A DNA stretch of 64,000 nucleotides from Rhodospirillales bacterium (GTDB taxonomy: Bacteria > Pseudomonadota > Alphaproteobacteria > Rhodospirillales > UBA2165), in NCBI GenBank assembly GCA_965213765.1, contig OZ243926.1:3481627-3545626 (forward strand), given 5' to 3'. The notes beneath the pieces were generated by a model. That model saw nothing but the letters and a program-made list of their open reading frames with translations. It did no database searches and was not told the origin of the DNA. The position numbers and the translations under genes are program-made. Of the stretch, positions 1 through 9,889 are shown piece by piece; position 1 is the stretch's first letter, and each line of letters begins with the position of its first letter.

Positions 1-1467
1 CCGGTCGACGAGGCTCAGGCGGTTGGTCGAGAAGCTCGCCGGCATGGACATGCCGTAGGAACCGTAGCCGTAAAGCAGCGCCGGCGCCGAACCGTCCAAC
101 GGCGTATCCCTGGCGTGCAGGATGGAGATCGGCACCCGGGCGCCGTCGGGCCGTTCGGCGAATTTGCGCCGGGTCACGTAATCGCCCGCGCTGTGCCCGC
201 TCGGTACCTCCTGCTCCTTCCGAAGCTCGCGGGTGCGTTTCCCCATCCGATAATCGAAGGTCCGCCGCGGCGTGGTCATGGACGAATAGGTGAACCGTAG
301 AATGTCGGTGTTGAATTCATAGCCCGGGATCATGCCCAACTCGTAGGCTTCTTCATCGAAGGCGATGGCGTGTTCGTTACCCGAGGCGAGTTCGCGAATA
401 ACGATCCGAGGCAGGCCGTCGATGCGTTCGTGCCGGACCAGGTAGTTGCCGAATTCCAAGATCGAACGAATGAACCGGCCGGGTTGGTGCGGAACCACAT
501 CGGTCCAGTTCTCCCGCCCCGGCGCGCTCAGCGGCGCTTCGACGATCTTGAAGTCGACGGCATCGTCTGCATTGGTGCGGATGAACAGCTTGTCGCCCAC
601 ATGGGCGATGTCGTATTCGACGTTGGGATCGCGCGGTGCGACGACCACCGGCTCGGCGTCCGGATTGCCGGCGTCAATCAGATACACCTCCGAGGTGGTG
701 TGGTCGTGGGCGGAGATCTCCACGAATTTGCCGCTCTGGCTCTTTCCCGCCGCGACGAAGAAGCCCGGGTCGGTCTCCTCGTAGACCGTGACGTCGTCGC
801 CCGCCTCGGTGCCCACCCGGTGCCGGTTTACCCGGTAGGGGCGGTGGTTGTCGTCGAGGACCGTGTAGTAGAGGGTCTCGCCGTCGTTTCCCCAAACGAT
901 ATTGCCGCTGCAATCGGGAATCCGGTCATTGAGATCATCGCCGGACGCCAGGTCACGGATTTTGACGGTAAAGATCTCCGAGCCCTTGGTGTCGAGAGCA
1001 TAGGCCAGCCGCGCATGGTCCGTGGAATGGCTGCAGCCGCCGACCCGGAAGAAGGATAGGCCTTCGGCTTCCTTGTCGCCGTGAAGCAGCACCTCGCCCT
1101 CTCCCGTGTCGCCGGTGTCTCGGCGGCAGAACAGCGGGTGCTGCCCGCCGGTCTCGTAGCGGCTGAAATACTCGAATTCGCCGTCGGGGGCCGGGACCGA
1201 GGAATCGTCTTCCTTGATCCGTCCCTTCATCTCGTCGAACAACAGCGTCTGAAGATCTTCGGTCTTGGCGAGCAGGGCTTTGGTGTGCGCGTTCTCGGCT
1301 TCCAGATAGGCGCGGATATCCGGGTCCAGCTTGTCCGGATCACGCATCACCTCCTGCCAGTTCTCGTCCTTCAGCCAAGCGTACTCATCGGACCGGGTTC
1401 GGCCGTGGAGGGTGATGGTCGTCGGCTTTTTTGGCGCGGTTGGGGGAGCGGAGACCGCATCGGGCAT
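1..1467 (-). CDS. ptrB: Oligopeptidase B / protease II (S9A prolyl oligopeptidase family), first 489 codons; 3' end outside window
   Basis: Absent from ORF track (no stop in window). Own minus-strand translation from ATG at 1467: MPDAVSAPPTAPKKPTTITLHGRTRSDEYAWLKDENWQEV...LLYGYGSYGMSMPASFSTNRLSLVDR, open to position 1. GGAGAA lies about 8 nt upstream of the ATG. Sequence recalls the PtrB N-terminal propeller plus the start of the catalytic domain. Confidence 0.8.
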   Translation of the reverse strand, partial: MPDAVSAPPTAPKKPTTITLHGRTRSDEYAWLKDENWQEVMRDPDKLDPDIRAYLEAENAHTKALLAKTEDLQTLLFDEMKGRIKEDDSSVPAPDGEFEYFSRYETGGQHPLFCRRDTGDTGEGEVLLHGDKEAEGLSFFRVGGCSHSTDHARLAYALDTKGSEIFTVKIRDLASGDDLNDRIPDCSGNIVWGNDGETLYYTVLDDNHRPYRVNRHRVGTEAGDDVTVYEETDPGFFVAAGKSQSGKFVEISAHDHTTSEVYLIDAGNPDAEPVVVAPRDPNVEYDIAHVGDKLFIRTNADDAVDFKIVEAPLSAPGRENWTDVVPHQPGRFIRSILEFGNYLVRHERIDGLPRIVIRELASGNEHAIAFDEEAYELGMIPGYEFNTDILRFTYSSMTTPRRTFDYRMGKRTRELRKEQEVPSGHSAGDYVTRRKFAERPDGARVPISILHARDTPLDGSAPALLYGYGSYGMSMPASFSTNRLSLVDR

Positions 1468-1471
1468 CTGT

Positions 1472-3793
1472 CTATTCTCCGTCGCCGCCCTCGACCTGTC
1501 CGGAGGAACTGGGGGTCGCGGAGGGCGCGCCGGCGGTCGGGGCCGGTTTTGCCGGTTCCGCCGATTTGGCCTGATTACGCCCGGTTTCCATACGTACCGG
1601 TGCGGCCGGCGCGTTGCCGTCCTTGTCCTCGCCGAAATAGATGGTCTGATGGGGGAAGGGAATCTCGATGCCCAGCTCGTCGAAACGGCGCTTGATCCGG
1701 CGGTTGAACTCGCGGCCCACCGACCATTGCTCGATCGGCATGGTCTTGAACCGGGCCTTGATGACGATGGCCGAGTCGCCAAAGGAATCCAGACCCAGGA
1801 CTTCTAGGGGATCGAGAATTTTGGGACCGAAGTCTTCGTCGGCCCGGATTTCCTCTCCCAATTGTTCCAGCACACCGATTACCTCGTCGACATCCTCGCG
1901 ATAGGAGATGCCCACCTCGAAGACGTAGTAGGACCACTCCTTGGTCATGTTGGTGACCGTGTCGATGGCGCTGAACGGAATGGTGTGGACGTTGCCCGAC
2001 AGGTCCCGCAGCCGGATCGACCGGATGGACATGGCCTCGACCCGTCCCGCCGTTCCGGCGACCCGGGCGACGTCGCCGACCGCGACCGCGTCCTCGAACA
2101 ACAGGAAGGCGCCGGTGATCACGTCCTGGACGAGTTTTTGGGAGCCGAACCCGATCGCCAGGCCCGCGATGCCGGCGCCGGCCAGCAGCGGCCCGATGTT
2201 GACCCCGAGTTCGGCCAGTACCACCAGCACCACCAGAACGGCGATGAAGAAAAACAGGACGTTGCGCAGGAGCGGCAGCAGGGTTCGCGCCCGGTCGCGC
2301 CGGGCGAGCGCTTCCGCGCCTTCCTCCGCTTGGTCGAGGTAACGTTCTATGGCGGCGCCGGCGGCTTCCCAAACCACCAATGCGACTAAGAGGACAATGG
2401 CGATGCTGGCGGCCGCGGATATGATCCGCGACCCGGCCGGGCTTTGCAGCCAGGCGACCACATCGAGGCCCCAGGCCTGGAAGATCACGGTCAGCGCGAT
2501 GATCAGGACGAAGACCCGCAGCACCCGCTCCATGACCGGCAGGTAGCGGTTGGCGCGTTGCTCCAGGCCCGGATAACGAGCCTTTACCTCGTCCTTGATG
2601 GAGAAACCCCGTTGGATCGCCCGGTGAATACCGTGACCGATCAAAATTGCCATCACGATGGCAACCACCGTGATCATGGATGAACTCAGGAAGTTCTCGA
2701 AACCGTCCTCGATCCGGAGAGCCCAGATGCCATAGACTGCGGCGATATAGATGATCGCGAGCGCGTGCCAGATATCGGCAATCCGGTTGCGGAGCGTGGT
2801 CAAGGGGTGGCCGCGCTCGGGCTGCTCGTCGCCTGCGTGGAGGAACTCCGCAAACGGCCGGCGGTTCTGAAGGACGAAGATAATGGCCATGGCGGCGATC
2901 AGCAGGCCAAGAAAAGTAACGGCAAATTGCTGTCCGCCCCCGGGCAGACCCAAGAGCCCCGCGGCAACGATCCCGAAGGAACCATAAACCCAGATGAACG
3001 TAAATCGCCGCACCCAGATATAGAGATAGTTGGAGGTCTCGCCGGAGGCGGGAATGAACCGCAGCCCCTGTACCCGGGGCGCGAGGATCATGCGCGCGAA
3101 GACCATAGCGGCGCCGGCGAGGACGTAGGCGTTGATGACGGTGACGACCACCATGCGCGTGAGATCGGTCGGTTCGGTGATCGGGAGGATGGCGTAACCG
3201 GCAACGGCCGCCGCCGCGACCGGGATCAAGTCGAGCAGCGTGCGGATGGCGAGGAATAGCAGGCGCACGAGCACGGACTCGCTGGATTGCTGTTCGACGG
3301 CTTCCCGCGGCCGGCGCAATGCTCGCCGCGCGACGGTCCCGGCCACGACCGCGGCAACCGCCACCACAATCAACTTCAATATGATCCGCAGCCAACGCTC
3401 CCGGGCTTGGGTATCCGTTACCTGATCCGATAGCCAGTCCATCAGTTTGGGCGCGTCGTCCAGGGCGGTGCCCGCATCGAGAAACGCCTCGCTGGCATCC
3501 TTCGCGCGCTGGGCGAGTGTGCCGATGACCTTGGTGCCGACGGACGAGGCCGGTTTTGGCCCGTCGCCCGCCGACTGTCGGGCGGCGATCAGTGCATTCA
3601 GTTGGTCGATCAGTTTTTGCCGCTCGGCGTCGTTCTCGATGGAATTGAGCAGGGACTCAAACTCCGCTTGGCCGACGGCCGGTGCGGCAGGCGCCTGCTG
3701 CGCTGATGCGGCAGTGGCGCCCGACAGGACGGCCGCCGCGAGGAACAAGGCTGACAGGGGTTTCAGCATCCTGAGGATCGATGTCGAAGCCAT
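1472..3793 (-). CDS. Mechanosensitive ion channel, MscS family (large form with signal peptide and N-terminal periplasmic/TM extension)
   Basis: ORF-track 1472..5092 trimmed to the in-frame ATG at 3793 (MASTSILRMLKPLSALFLAAAVLSGATAASAQ, signal-peptide-like). C-terminal MscS core GPLLAGAGIAGLAIGFGSQKLVQDVITGAFLLFEDAVAVGD. The upstream 430 codons of the track ORF are antisense to the IS. Confidence 0.85.
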   Translation of the reverse strand: MASTSILRMLKPLSALFLAAAVLSGATAASAQQAPAAPAVGQAEFESLLNSIENDAERQKLIDQLNALIAARQSAGDGPKPASSVGTKVIGTLAQRAKDASEAFLDAGTALDDAPKLMDWLSDQVTDTQARERWLRIILKLIVVAVAAVVAGTVARRALRRPREAVEQQSSESVLVRLLFLAIRTLLDLIPVAAAAVAGYAILPITEPTDLTRMVVVTVINAYVLAGAAMVFARMILAPRVQGLRFIPASGETSNYLYIWVRRFTFIWVYGSFGIVAAGLLGLPGGGQQFAVTFLGLLIAAMAIIFVLQNRRPFAEFLHAGDEQPERGHPLTTLRNRIADIWHALAIIYIAAVYGIWALRIEDGFENFLSSSMITVVAIVMAILIGHGIHRAIQRGFSIKDEVKARYPGLEQRANRYLPVMERVLRVFVLIIALTVIFQAWGLDVVAWLQSPAGSRIISAAASIAIVLLVALVVWEAAGAAIERYLDQAEEGAEALARRDRARTLLPLLRNVLFFFIAVLVVLVVLAELGVNIGPLLAGAGIAGLAIGFGSQKLVQDVITGAFLLFEDAVAVGDVARVAGTAGRVEAMSIRSIRLRDLSGNVHTIPFSAIDTVTNMTKEWSYYVFEVGISYREDVDEVIGVLEQLGEEIRADEDFGPKILDPLEVLGLDSFGDSAIVIKARFKTMPIEQWSVGREFNRRIKRRFDELGIEIPFPHQTIYFGEDKDGNAPAAPVRMETGRNQAKSAEPAKPAPTAGAPSATPSSSGQVEGGDGE

Positions 3794-3954
3794 GCGGCGG
3801 AGATTAGCCAGACGCCCCGGAAGAGTCACATGATTTGCAAAATTTGCAACGAGAAGGCGGGTCCAGGGTCTGTACTCAATTAGGGGATTCTCCTTTTTGC
3901 GCCCTCTCCCCCCGTGCAGGGGGCGAGGGGACCCACGGCAAGCTCCCTCTCCCT

Positions 3955-5127
3955 GAGGATTCTTCTGCGAAAAGGGGATTCTCAATGGGTTTGTGATGTG
4001 ATTCAGTGTGGTTATCAACTGTTGGAGGCGTCGATGAGCGGCAAGGGTCAGCTGGGGTTTGCGGAAGCGTTTGTTTCTCCGGGTCTTGGGTCGAACCGGA
4101 AGCTTGATCGTCTGGATGCGTTGATCGACTGGTCTCCGCTGGAGCGCCTGGCGTCGGCGGTCCGCCCGGGGCGCCGGGGCCGTCCGCCCTATGCGCCGCT
4201 GTCGATGTTGAAGGCGCTTTATCTTCAGGTGCTTTACGATCTGTCGGACCCCGGTCTGGAGGAGGCGCTGCTGGACCGTCTGTCGTTCCGGCGCTTCTGC
4301 GGCTTTGCGCTTGACGGGGGCACGCCGGACGAGACCACGATCTGCCGCTTTCGCGGGGATGCGGGCGGGGTTCTGGAGGCGGCCTTCGAGGAGATCAACC
4401 GCCAGTTGGAGGCCGCCGGTCTGATCGTGCGCAAGGGCACGCTGATGGACGCCACGCTGGTGGCCGCGGCCTCGCGCCCGCCGCCCTACAAGGCCGGCGC
4501 GGGTGCCGGGCACGCGGGCGAGCCCGGCGCCGACTGGACCCGCAAGAAGGGGCGCGCCTTCTTCGGCTACAAGGCGCATCTCGGCGTCGACCAGGGGTCG
4601 GGGCTGATCCGGCGGGTGGTGCTGACCTCGGCCAAGACCTCCGAGAGCGAGGTCGCCGACCGGCTGATCTGCGGCGACGAGGCCGCGGTCTATGGCGACA
4701 AGGCCTACGAGCAGGCGGCGAGACGGGCGCGGCTCAAGGCGGCGGGGATCAAGGACCGGATCATGCACCGGCGGCACAAGCACATAGCCGCGCTGCCCCA
4801 TTGGCAGCAGCGCCGCAACGCTCTGATCGCGCGACGGCGCGCCCCGGTCGAGGCCGTGTTCTCCGCCCTCAAGCGCTTCTACGGGCTGCGCCGCGCCAAG
4901 AGCCGGTCCCGGGACAGGAACACGGCCCGCCTCTTCGCCGCCGCCGCCGTCTACAACATGCGCCGGGCCTGCCTGCTCGCCGGGCCGTGAGGGCGCGACG
5001 CGCCCGGAAACCGCAAAACGCACCGCAATCCGGCCCGCAAACGCCGCGGCAAACCCGCCGCCCGGTACCAAAACAGCCCCAACCCCCGACACAAACCCCT
5101 CCTTGCGACTTTCGCAGAAGAATCCTC
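3955..5127 (+). mobile_element. IS5-family insertion sequence, apparently complete (boundaries +/-4 bp)
   Basis: Perfect 18-bp terminal inverted repeats GAGGATTCTTCTGCGAAA (3955-3972) and TTTCGCAGAAGAATCCTC (5110-5127). Complementarity extends to 3951/5131. Encloses a single DDE transposase ORF. No clean direct target duplication is visible. Confidence 0.85.
4034..4990 (+). CDS. IS5-family DDE transposase
   Basis: ORF-track 3914..4990 trimmed to the ATG at 4034 (MSGKGQLGFAEAF...). IS5-group hallmarks GRPPYAPLSMLKALYLQVLYDLSDPGLEEALLDRLSFRRFCGF and C-terminal YGDKAY...R...VE..F..LK. Confidence 0.85.
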   Translation: MSGKGQLGFAEAFVSPGLGSNRKLDRLDALIDWSPLERLASAVRPGRRGRPPYAPLSMLKALYLQVLYDLSDPGLEEALLDRLSFRRFCGFALDGGTPDETTICRFRGDAGGVLEAAFEEINRQLEAAGLIVRKGTLMDATLVAAASRPPPYKAGAGAGHAGEPGADWTRKKGRAFFGYKAHLGVDQGSGLIRRVVLTSAKTSESEVADRLICGDEAAVYGDKAYEQAARRARLKAAGIKDRIMHRRHKHIAALPHWQQRRNALIARRRAPVEAVFSALKRFYGLRRAKSRSRDRNTARLFAAAAVYNMRRACLLAGP

Positions 5128-5283
5128 AGGGTCGGGGTGAGGGTGATATGGAAATTTCCCCCTCACCCAGCGCCGGGTAGGCTCGGCGTTCGCCTCGCCA
5201 ACCCTCCGCATCCCTCTCCCCCTGACGGGGGCGAGGGAACCCGATGCGGCAAGCCTCCTCTCCCCGCTCACCCGCTTGTCGTC

Positions 5284-5333
5284 ATCACCGGGTCGGTCAA
5301 TTCGTCCGAATTGACCTTATTTGACCCGGTGAT
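5284..5333. repeat. Nested palindromic hairpin element inside MITE copy A
   Basis: Outer arms ATCACCGGGTC (5284-5294) and GACCCGGTGAT (5323-5333). Inner arms GGTCAATTCG (5295-5304) and GAATTGACC (5308-5316). Confidence 0.6.
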
Positions 5334-5440
5334 CCACGCCTCGCGGCCGGCGAAGCCGGTCCGGCGGGCCCGGCCATGACGCGATCATTTTATGCCTCAC
5401 CGCCGCAACACCCCTATGGCGGCTCAATCGGGTCCGGACC

Positions 5441-7165
5441 CTAGCCGCTTTGCCGGGTGCTGCTCCGGGAGGCGATGATTTCGTGGAGCATGGCGTAATC
5501 ATCCTCGCGGAACGAATCGAGTGTGGCGGCGCTATCCTCGGCGCTGATGCCGATGGCACGGATAATGATGCCGCCGAGCTGAAGGCTGGCCTCGAGGGTT
5601 TCCGGAACCACGGCGGTTGCGCCCAAATCCTCGAGCTGGCGGACGTGGGTCAGGTCTCGGGCGCGGACATAAATCGCCAGGTCCGGATATGTGGATCGCA
5701 GTTCCCGCACCGCCCGGCTGACATCTTCCCGCTCGTTGATCGTGATGACCACCGCCCGGGCCCGGGCCGCACCCGCCGCGGTGATTACCGAGATTTCGGT
5801 GGCGGCGCCGTAATAGACCTCGGTTCCGTGATGCTGACACTGGGCGACGAGCCGGTAATCCCGGTCGAGGGCAATGTGGGGGGTGTTCGTGGCGTTGAGC
5901 ACCATGGCGACGGTCTGGCCGACCCGCCCGAACCCGATGATGATGATATGGTCTTCCAGCTCGCCGGCGGCCTTGCTGATGTCCGAGGCGGGCGGGATCA
6001 CGCCGGGGGTCATCCATTCGGCATACCTGTCGCCGACATAGGCCATCAGGGGCGTCAGCGCCATGGTGATGGTCACCGCGGCGAACAGTATGGCGCCCAT
6101 CTCGGGCGAGAGGATGCCGGCCGCCATGGCCGCGCCGAATATGACGAAGCCGAACTCCCCGCCCTGGCCAAGGATCAGGCCCACCCGCCCCGAAACTGTG
6201 GTCGACAGGCCAACGGCCCGGCACAGAAGGCCGATGACGATCGACTTCCCGATCAGCAGGCCGGCGACGATGCCGAGGATCGGCAGCCACTCGGCGACGG
6301 CCACCCGGAAATCGACCATCATGCCGACCGACATGAAGAACAGGCCGAGAAACAGCCCGCGAAACGGCCGGATATCGGCCTCGACCTGATGCCGGTACTC
6401 GGTCTCGGCGAGCAACAGTCCGGCGAGGAAGGCGCCCAACGCCATGGAGAGGCCGACCAGGGAGAAGACCCAGCCCGTACCCAGTACGACCAGCAAGGTG
6501 GCGGCAACGAACAGCTCGGTACTGCCGGACGCGGCGATCAGCCGGTAGACCGGCCGCAGCACCAGCCGGCCGGCGACGACGGCGACGACCAGTGCGAGAA
6601 CGGCTTTCAGGCCCGCCTCGCCGATCGCCGTCAGCAGGGAGGAGCCTTGCTCGTTCAGCAGCGGCACCAGGATCAACAACGGCACAATGATCAAATCCTG
6701 GAACAGCAAAACGGCGAAAGACATGGTGCCGTAGGGTGTGGCCCGCTCGCCGCGCTCGGTCAGCAGCTGCAGGACGAACGCGGTCGACGACAAGGCGAGG
6801 CCCGCCCCGATGACGATCGCCGCGTTGACGGAAATCCCGAACGCCAGCGCAGTCCCGAAGATGATGGCGCCGGTGAGCGCGACCTGGGCCGTGCCCAGAC
6901 CGAATACATAATTTCGGAGCTGCTTGAGCCGCCCGAAGGATAATTCAAGGCCGACGGTGAACAGCAGAAATACCACGCCGAACTCGGCCAGCGCCTGGGC
7001 GCCCTCGGCATCGCTGATGAAGCCGAAACCGTGGGGGCCGATGAGAATGCCGGCCGCCAGGTAGCCGATCACCGGGCTGGATTTCAGACGCTTGAGGAGG
7101 GGGACAATGACGATGGCGGCGACCAGAAAGATCAGGACGTCTGCGAGGATCGGCGAGTGATGCAT
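5441..7165 (-). CDS. Monovalent cation:proton antiporter-2 (CPA2) family, KefB/KefC-like K+ efflux protein with C-terminal TrkA-N domain
   Basis: ORF-track 574 aa. Multi-TM Na/H-exchanger region followed by the Rossmann motif HIIIIGFGRVGQTV. The stop TAG is part of the CTAG terminus of MITE copy A. Confidence 0.85.
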   Translation of the reverse strand: MHHSPILADVLIFLVAAIVIVPLLKRLKSSPVIGYLAAGILIGPHGFGFISDAEGAQALAEFGVVFLLFTVGLELSFGRLKQLRNYVFGLGTAQVALTGAIIFGTALAFGISVNAAIVIGAGLALSSTAFVLQLLTERGERATPYGTMSFAVLLFQDLIIVPLLILVPLLNEQGSSLLTAIGEAGLKAVLALVVAVVAGRLVLRPVYRLIAASGSTELFVAATLLVVLGTGWVFSLVGLSMALGAFLAGLLLAETEYRHQVEADIRPFRGLFLGLFFMSVGMMVDFRVAVAEWLPILGIVAGLLIGKSIVIGLLCRAVGLSTTVSGRVGLILGQGGEFGFVIFGAAMAAGILSPEMGAILFAAVTITMALTPLMAYVGDRYAEWMTPGVIPPASDISKAAGELEDHIIIIGFGRVGQTVAMVLNATNTPHIALDRDYRLVAQCQHHGTEVYYGAATEISVITAAGAARARAVVITINEREDVSRAVRELRSTYPDLAIYVRARDLTHVRQLEDLGATAVVPETLEASLQLGGIIIRAIGISAEDSAATLDSFREDDYAMLHEIIASRSSTRQSG

Positions 7166-7166
7166 C

Positions 7167-7607
7167 TCAGGCGGGACCCGTCGTCACGGTTGTTTCTTCG
7201 AGCGCTTCGATAGCCGCATCGACCGCCAGCATGATGGCGCCGTGGCGCGAGGTCGCGGATTTGGCCGGCGCCAGCGCGGCGAGCGCCGCCCACTTGCCCT
7301 CAGGGGGCGGTCCGCCGCCGGCCAGCATGGCGGCCATTTGGTCCCGCAAAGCACCGAGTTCCGTCAGATCGGCCCCGATGACGTGCTCGGCAATCACCGA
7401 CGCGGCCGCCTGACCCAGGGCACAGGCCTTGATTTCCTGCGCATAGTCGGTGACCACGCCTTCCTCGATCCCGAGGTCGACGACGATGCCGCTGCCGCAC
7501 AGCGGTGCGGTTCGGGTGACGCTGACAACGGGGTCTTCCAACCGGCCGATGCGCCCGATATTCCCCGCCAGCCGGAGCACGTCCTTGTTGTAGATTTCGT
7601 CGATCAT
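7167..7607 (-). CDS. Iron-sulfur cluster assembly scaffold, NifU-N/IscU-like
   Basis: ORF-track 146 aa: MIDEIYNKDVLRLAGNIGRIGRL...LCGSGIVVDL...KACALGQAAASV, with the conserved Cys pattern of the alphaproteobacterial NifU-like family. Confidence 0.7.
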   Translation of the reverse strand: MIDEIYNKDVLRLAGNIGRIGRLEDPVVSVTRTAPLCGSGIVVDLGIEEGVVTDYAQEIKACALGQAAASVIAEHVIGADLTELGALRDQMAAMLAGGGPPPEGKWAALAALAPAKSATSRHGAIMLAVDAAIEALEETTVTTGPA

Positions 7608-7733
7608 GTGATCTCCATGACCCCAAAATAGTTCGCATCCTTGGTCCTGCCCAGCCTGGATTGTTCGTCAAAGCGGTTCTCGCCCGGGCCGGTTTGGGAT
7701 AGGGTCCGCGCCGCCACATCAACGGCCTGAACC

Positions 7734-8765
7734 ATGCGTCTCGACGAATTTGATTTTGAGCTGCCCGCCTCGGCAATTGCACAGCGTCCGGTGGAACCGC
7801 GTGATGCCGCGCGGCTGCTGCATGTGTCCGGCGGCTTGACCGATCACCAGGTGAGAGACCTGCCCGGCTTGCTTCGTCCGGGTGACCTGATGGTTTTCAA
7901 CGACACCAAGGTCATTCCCGCCCGGCTGCGGGGATCGCGCGGCGACGCGTCCATCGAAGTCACTCTTCACAAAGAGGAGGGGGAAGGGATTTGGGCGGCT
8001 TTTGCCCGGCCGGCAAAGCGTCTGAGGGAGGGTGATACCATTGCGTTCACCCCCAATCTGCGCGCGGCGGTAACCGCGAAGCGGGATGCCGGCGAGGTGG
8101 TGTTGGATTTCCAAACCACCCGGAACGGCTTGTTTGCCGCCCTCGAGGCGCATGGCCGGATGCCGTTGCCGCCGTATATCAAGCGGGAAAAGACCGGGGA
8201 CGACGGAGACAGGGAGGATTATCAAACCATGTTCGCGGCGCGTGAGGGTGCGGTGGCCACCCCGACCGCCGGACTGCACTTCACACCCGGGCTGATGGAG
8301 CGATTGGCCGATTCGGGCATCGATCACCTGACCCTGACGCTGCACGTAGGCGCCGGTACGTTCCTGCCGGTGAAGGCGGACGACACGGACGGCCACGTCA
8401 TGTATGGGGAGTGGGGCGAGGTGTCGTCGGGCGCGGCCGCGCGGATCAACGGGGTGCGTGCCGCCGCCGGCCGCATCGTCGGGGTGGGCACGACGGTGGT
8501 GCGGCTTTTGGAGAGCGCGGCGGACGGGCAGGGGCGGATTCATCCCTTTGACGGCGAGACGGATTTGTTCATAACCCCCGGATACGAATTCAAAGCCGCC
8601 GATCTGATGCTGACCAACTTTCATCTGCCCAGGTCCACCCTGTTCATGTTGGTGTCCGCCTTCGCCGGAATGGGTCGGATGAAAGACGCGTACGCCCACG
8701 CCATCGCGTCGGGCTACCGGTTCTATTCATACGGCGATTGCTGTCTGTTGGAGCCCCATTCATGA
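7734..8765 (+). CDS. queA: S-adenosylmethionine:tRNA ribosyltransferase-isomerase
   Basis: ORF-track 343 aa: [29 protein letters not shown]...[17 protein letters not shown]. Confidence 0.9.
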   Translation: MRLDEFDFELPASAIAQRPVEPRDAARLLHVSGGLTDHQVRDLPGLLRPGDLMVFNDTKVIPARLRGSRGDASIEVTLHKEEGEGIWAAFARPAKRLREGDTIAFTPNLRAAVTAKRDAGEVVLDFQTTRNGLFAALEAHGRMPLPPYIKREKTGDDGDREDYQTMFAAREGAVATPTAGLHFTPGLMERLADSGIDHLTLTLHVGAGTFLPVKADDTDGHVMYGEWGEVSSGAAARINGVRAAAGRIVGVGTTVVRLLESAADGQGRIHPFDGETDLFITPGYEFKAADLMLTNFHLPRSTLFMLVSAFAGMGRMKDAYAHAIASGYRFYSYGDCCLLEPHS

Positions 8766-9889
8766 CCGGTATCGGGTTCGAACGGTTGGCGGGCGACGGC
8801 GAGGCGCGCCGGGGACGATTGACCACCGCGCATGGCGGTGTCGAGACACCGGCCTTCATGCCGGTGGGCACGGCGGCGACGGTCAAGGCGATGACGCCCG
8901 AGGCGGTGGCGGCGACCGGCGCCCGGATTATTCTCGGCAACACTTATCACCTGATGCTGCGTCCCGGCGCCGAGCTGATCGGTGATTTGGGCGGCCTGCA
9001 TGAGTTCATGAACTGGCCGGGTCCGATCCTGACGGATTCCGGCGGCTTTCAAGTGATGTCGCTGGCCAAACTCCGCACCATGTCCGAAGACGGCGTCGAG
9101 TTCCAATCCCACATCGATGGCGGCCGCCACATGTTGAGCCCGGAGCGCTCGGTCGAAATCCAGCATCGGCTTGATGCCGATATCACCATGGTGCTCGACG
9201 AGTGCGTTGCCCTGCCGGCGTCGGATCAGGACATCCTGGCCTCGGTCGGCCTGTCGGAACGGTGGGCGGCCCGTTGCAAGGAGGCGTTCGTCGAGCGGGA
9301 CGGTTACGGGCTGTTCGGTATCGTCCAGGGCGGGATTAACCCGGACCTGCGGCTCAAGTCCGCCGCCGGCTTGGTGAATATCGGGTTCGATGGATATGCC
9401 CTCGGCGGTCTTGCCGTTGGAGAGGGGCAGGAGGCCATGTTCGCCACGCTTGATGTCACCGTACCGGCGTTACCCGGGGACCGTCCCCGTTACCTGATGG
9501 GGGTCGGTAAGCCCGACGATATCGTCGGCGCGGTTCTCCGCGGCATCGACATGTTCGACTGCGTGCTGCCCACCCGTTCGGGGCGTACCGGTCAGGCGTT
9601 CACCCGCCGGGGCGAGGTCAATATCCGCAATGCCCGTCATGCCAAGGACCCGCGCCCGCTGGATGAAGCGTGCCGATGCCCGGCATGCACGGACCATTCC
9701 CGGGCGTACCTGCATCATCTGGTCAAATCGGGCGAGATTCTTGGCGCCATGCTGATGACCTGGCACAACATCCAATACTATCAAGACCTGATGGCCGGGC
9801 TTCGAGACGCGATCGAAGCCGGCACGCTGCAAGCCTTTGCCGACGATTTCGGCAATGCCCGCGCGCTCGGCGACGTGGAGCCGCTCTAG
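8762..9889 (+). CDS. tgt: Queuine tRNA-ribosyltransferase (tRNA-guanine transglycosylase)
   Basis: ORF-track 8738..9889. Preferred ATG at 8762 forms an ATGA overlap with the queA stop. Motifs [10 protein letters not shown] and GGLAVGE, plus Zn site [17 protein letters not shown]. Confidence 0.9.
   Translation: MTGIGFERLAGDGEARRGRLTTAHGGVETPAFMPVGTAATVKAMTPEAVAATGARIILGNTYHLMLRPGAELIGDLGGLHEFMNWPGPILTDSGGFQVMSLAKLRTMSEDGVEFQSHIDGGRHMLSPERSVEIQHRLDADITMVLDECVALPASDQDILASVGLSERWAARCKEAFVERDGYGLFGIVQGGINPDLRLKSAAGLVNIGFDGYALGGLAVGEGQEAMFATLDVTVPALPGDRPRYLMGVGKPDDIVGAVLRGIDMFDCVLPTRSGRTGQAFTRRGEVNIRNARHAKDPRPLDEACRCPACTDHSRAYLHHLVKSGEILGAMLMTWHNIQYYQDLMAGLRDAIEAGTLQAFADDFGNARALGDVEPL

Larger units (their letters stand above)
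3863..5444. repeat. MITE-like repeat, copy A (about 405 bp of repeat sequence interrupted by an IS5-family element)
   Basis: Left end CCAGGGTCTGTACTCAATTAGGGGATTCTCCTTTTTGCG matches the copy B left end at 55235. Right end ATGGCGGCTCAATCGGGTCCGGACCCTAG matches the copy B right end. Internal module GGTCGGGGTGAGGGTGATATGGAAATTTCCCCCTCACCCAG...CTCTCCCCCTGACGGGGGCGAGGGA is shared with 55493-55627. Confidence 0.65.

Noticed and set aside
370-1059. 229-aa plus-strand ORF, and other ORFs within 1-1470
   Set aside because: Antisense to a clearly recognisable oligopeptidase B reading frame that is open across the whole of 1-1467 on the minus strand.
1472-5092. 1206-aa minus-strand ORF in the track
   Set aside because: Composite. 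Only the C-terminal 773 codons (from the ATG at 3793, with signal peptide) look like an MscS protein. The N-terminal 430 codons are Arg/Pro/Gly-rich read-through antisense to the IS5 transposase and the repeats.
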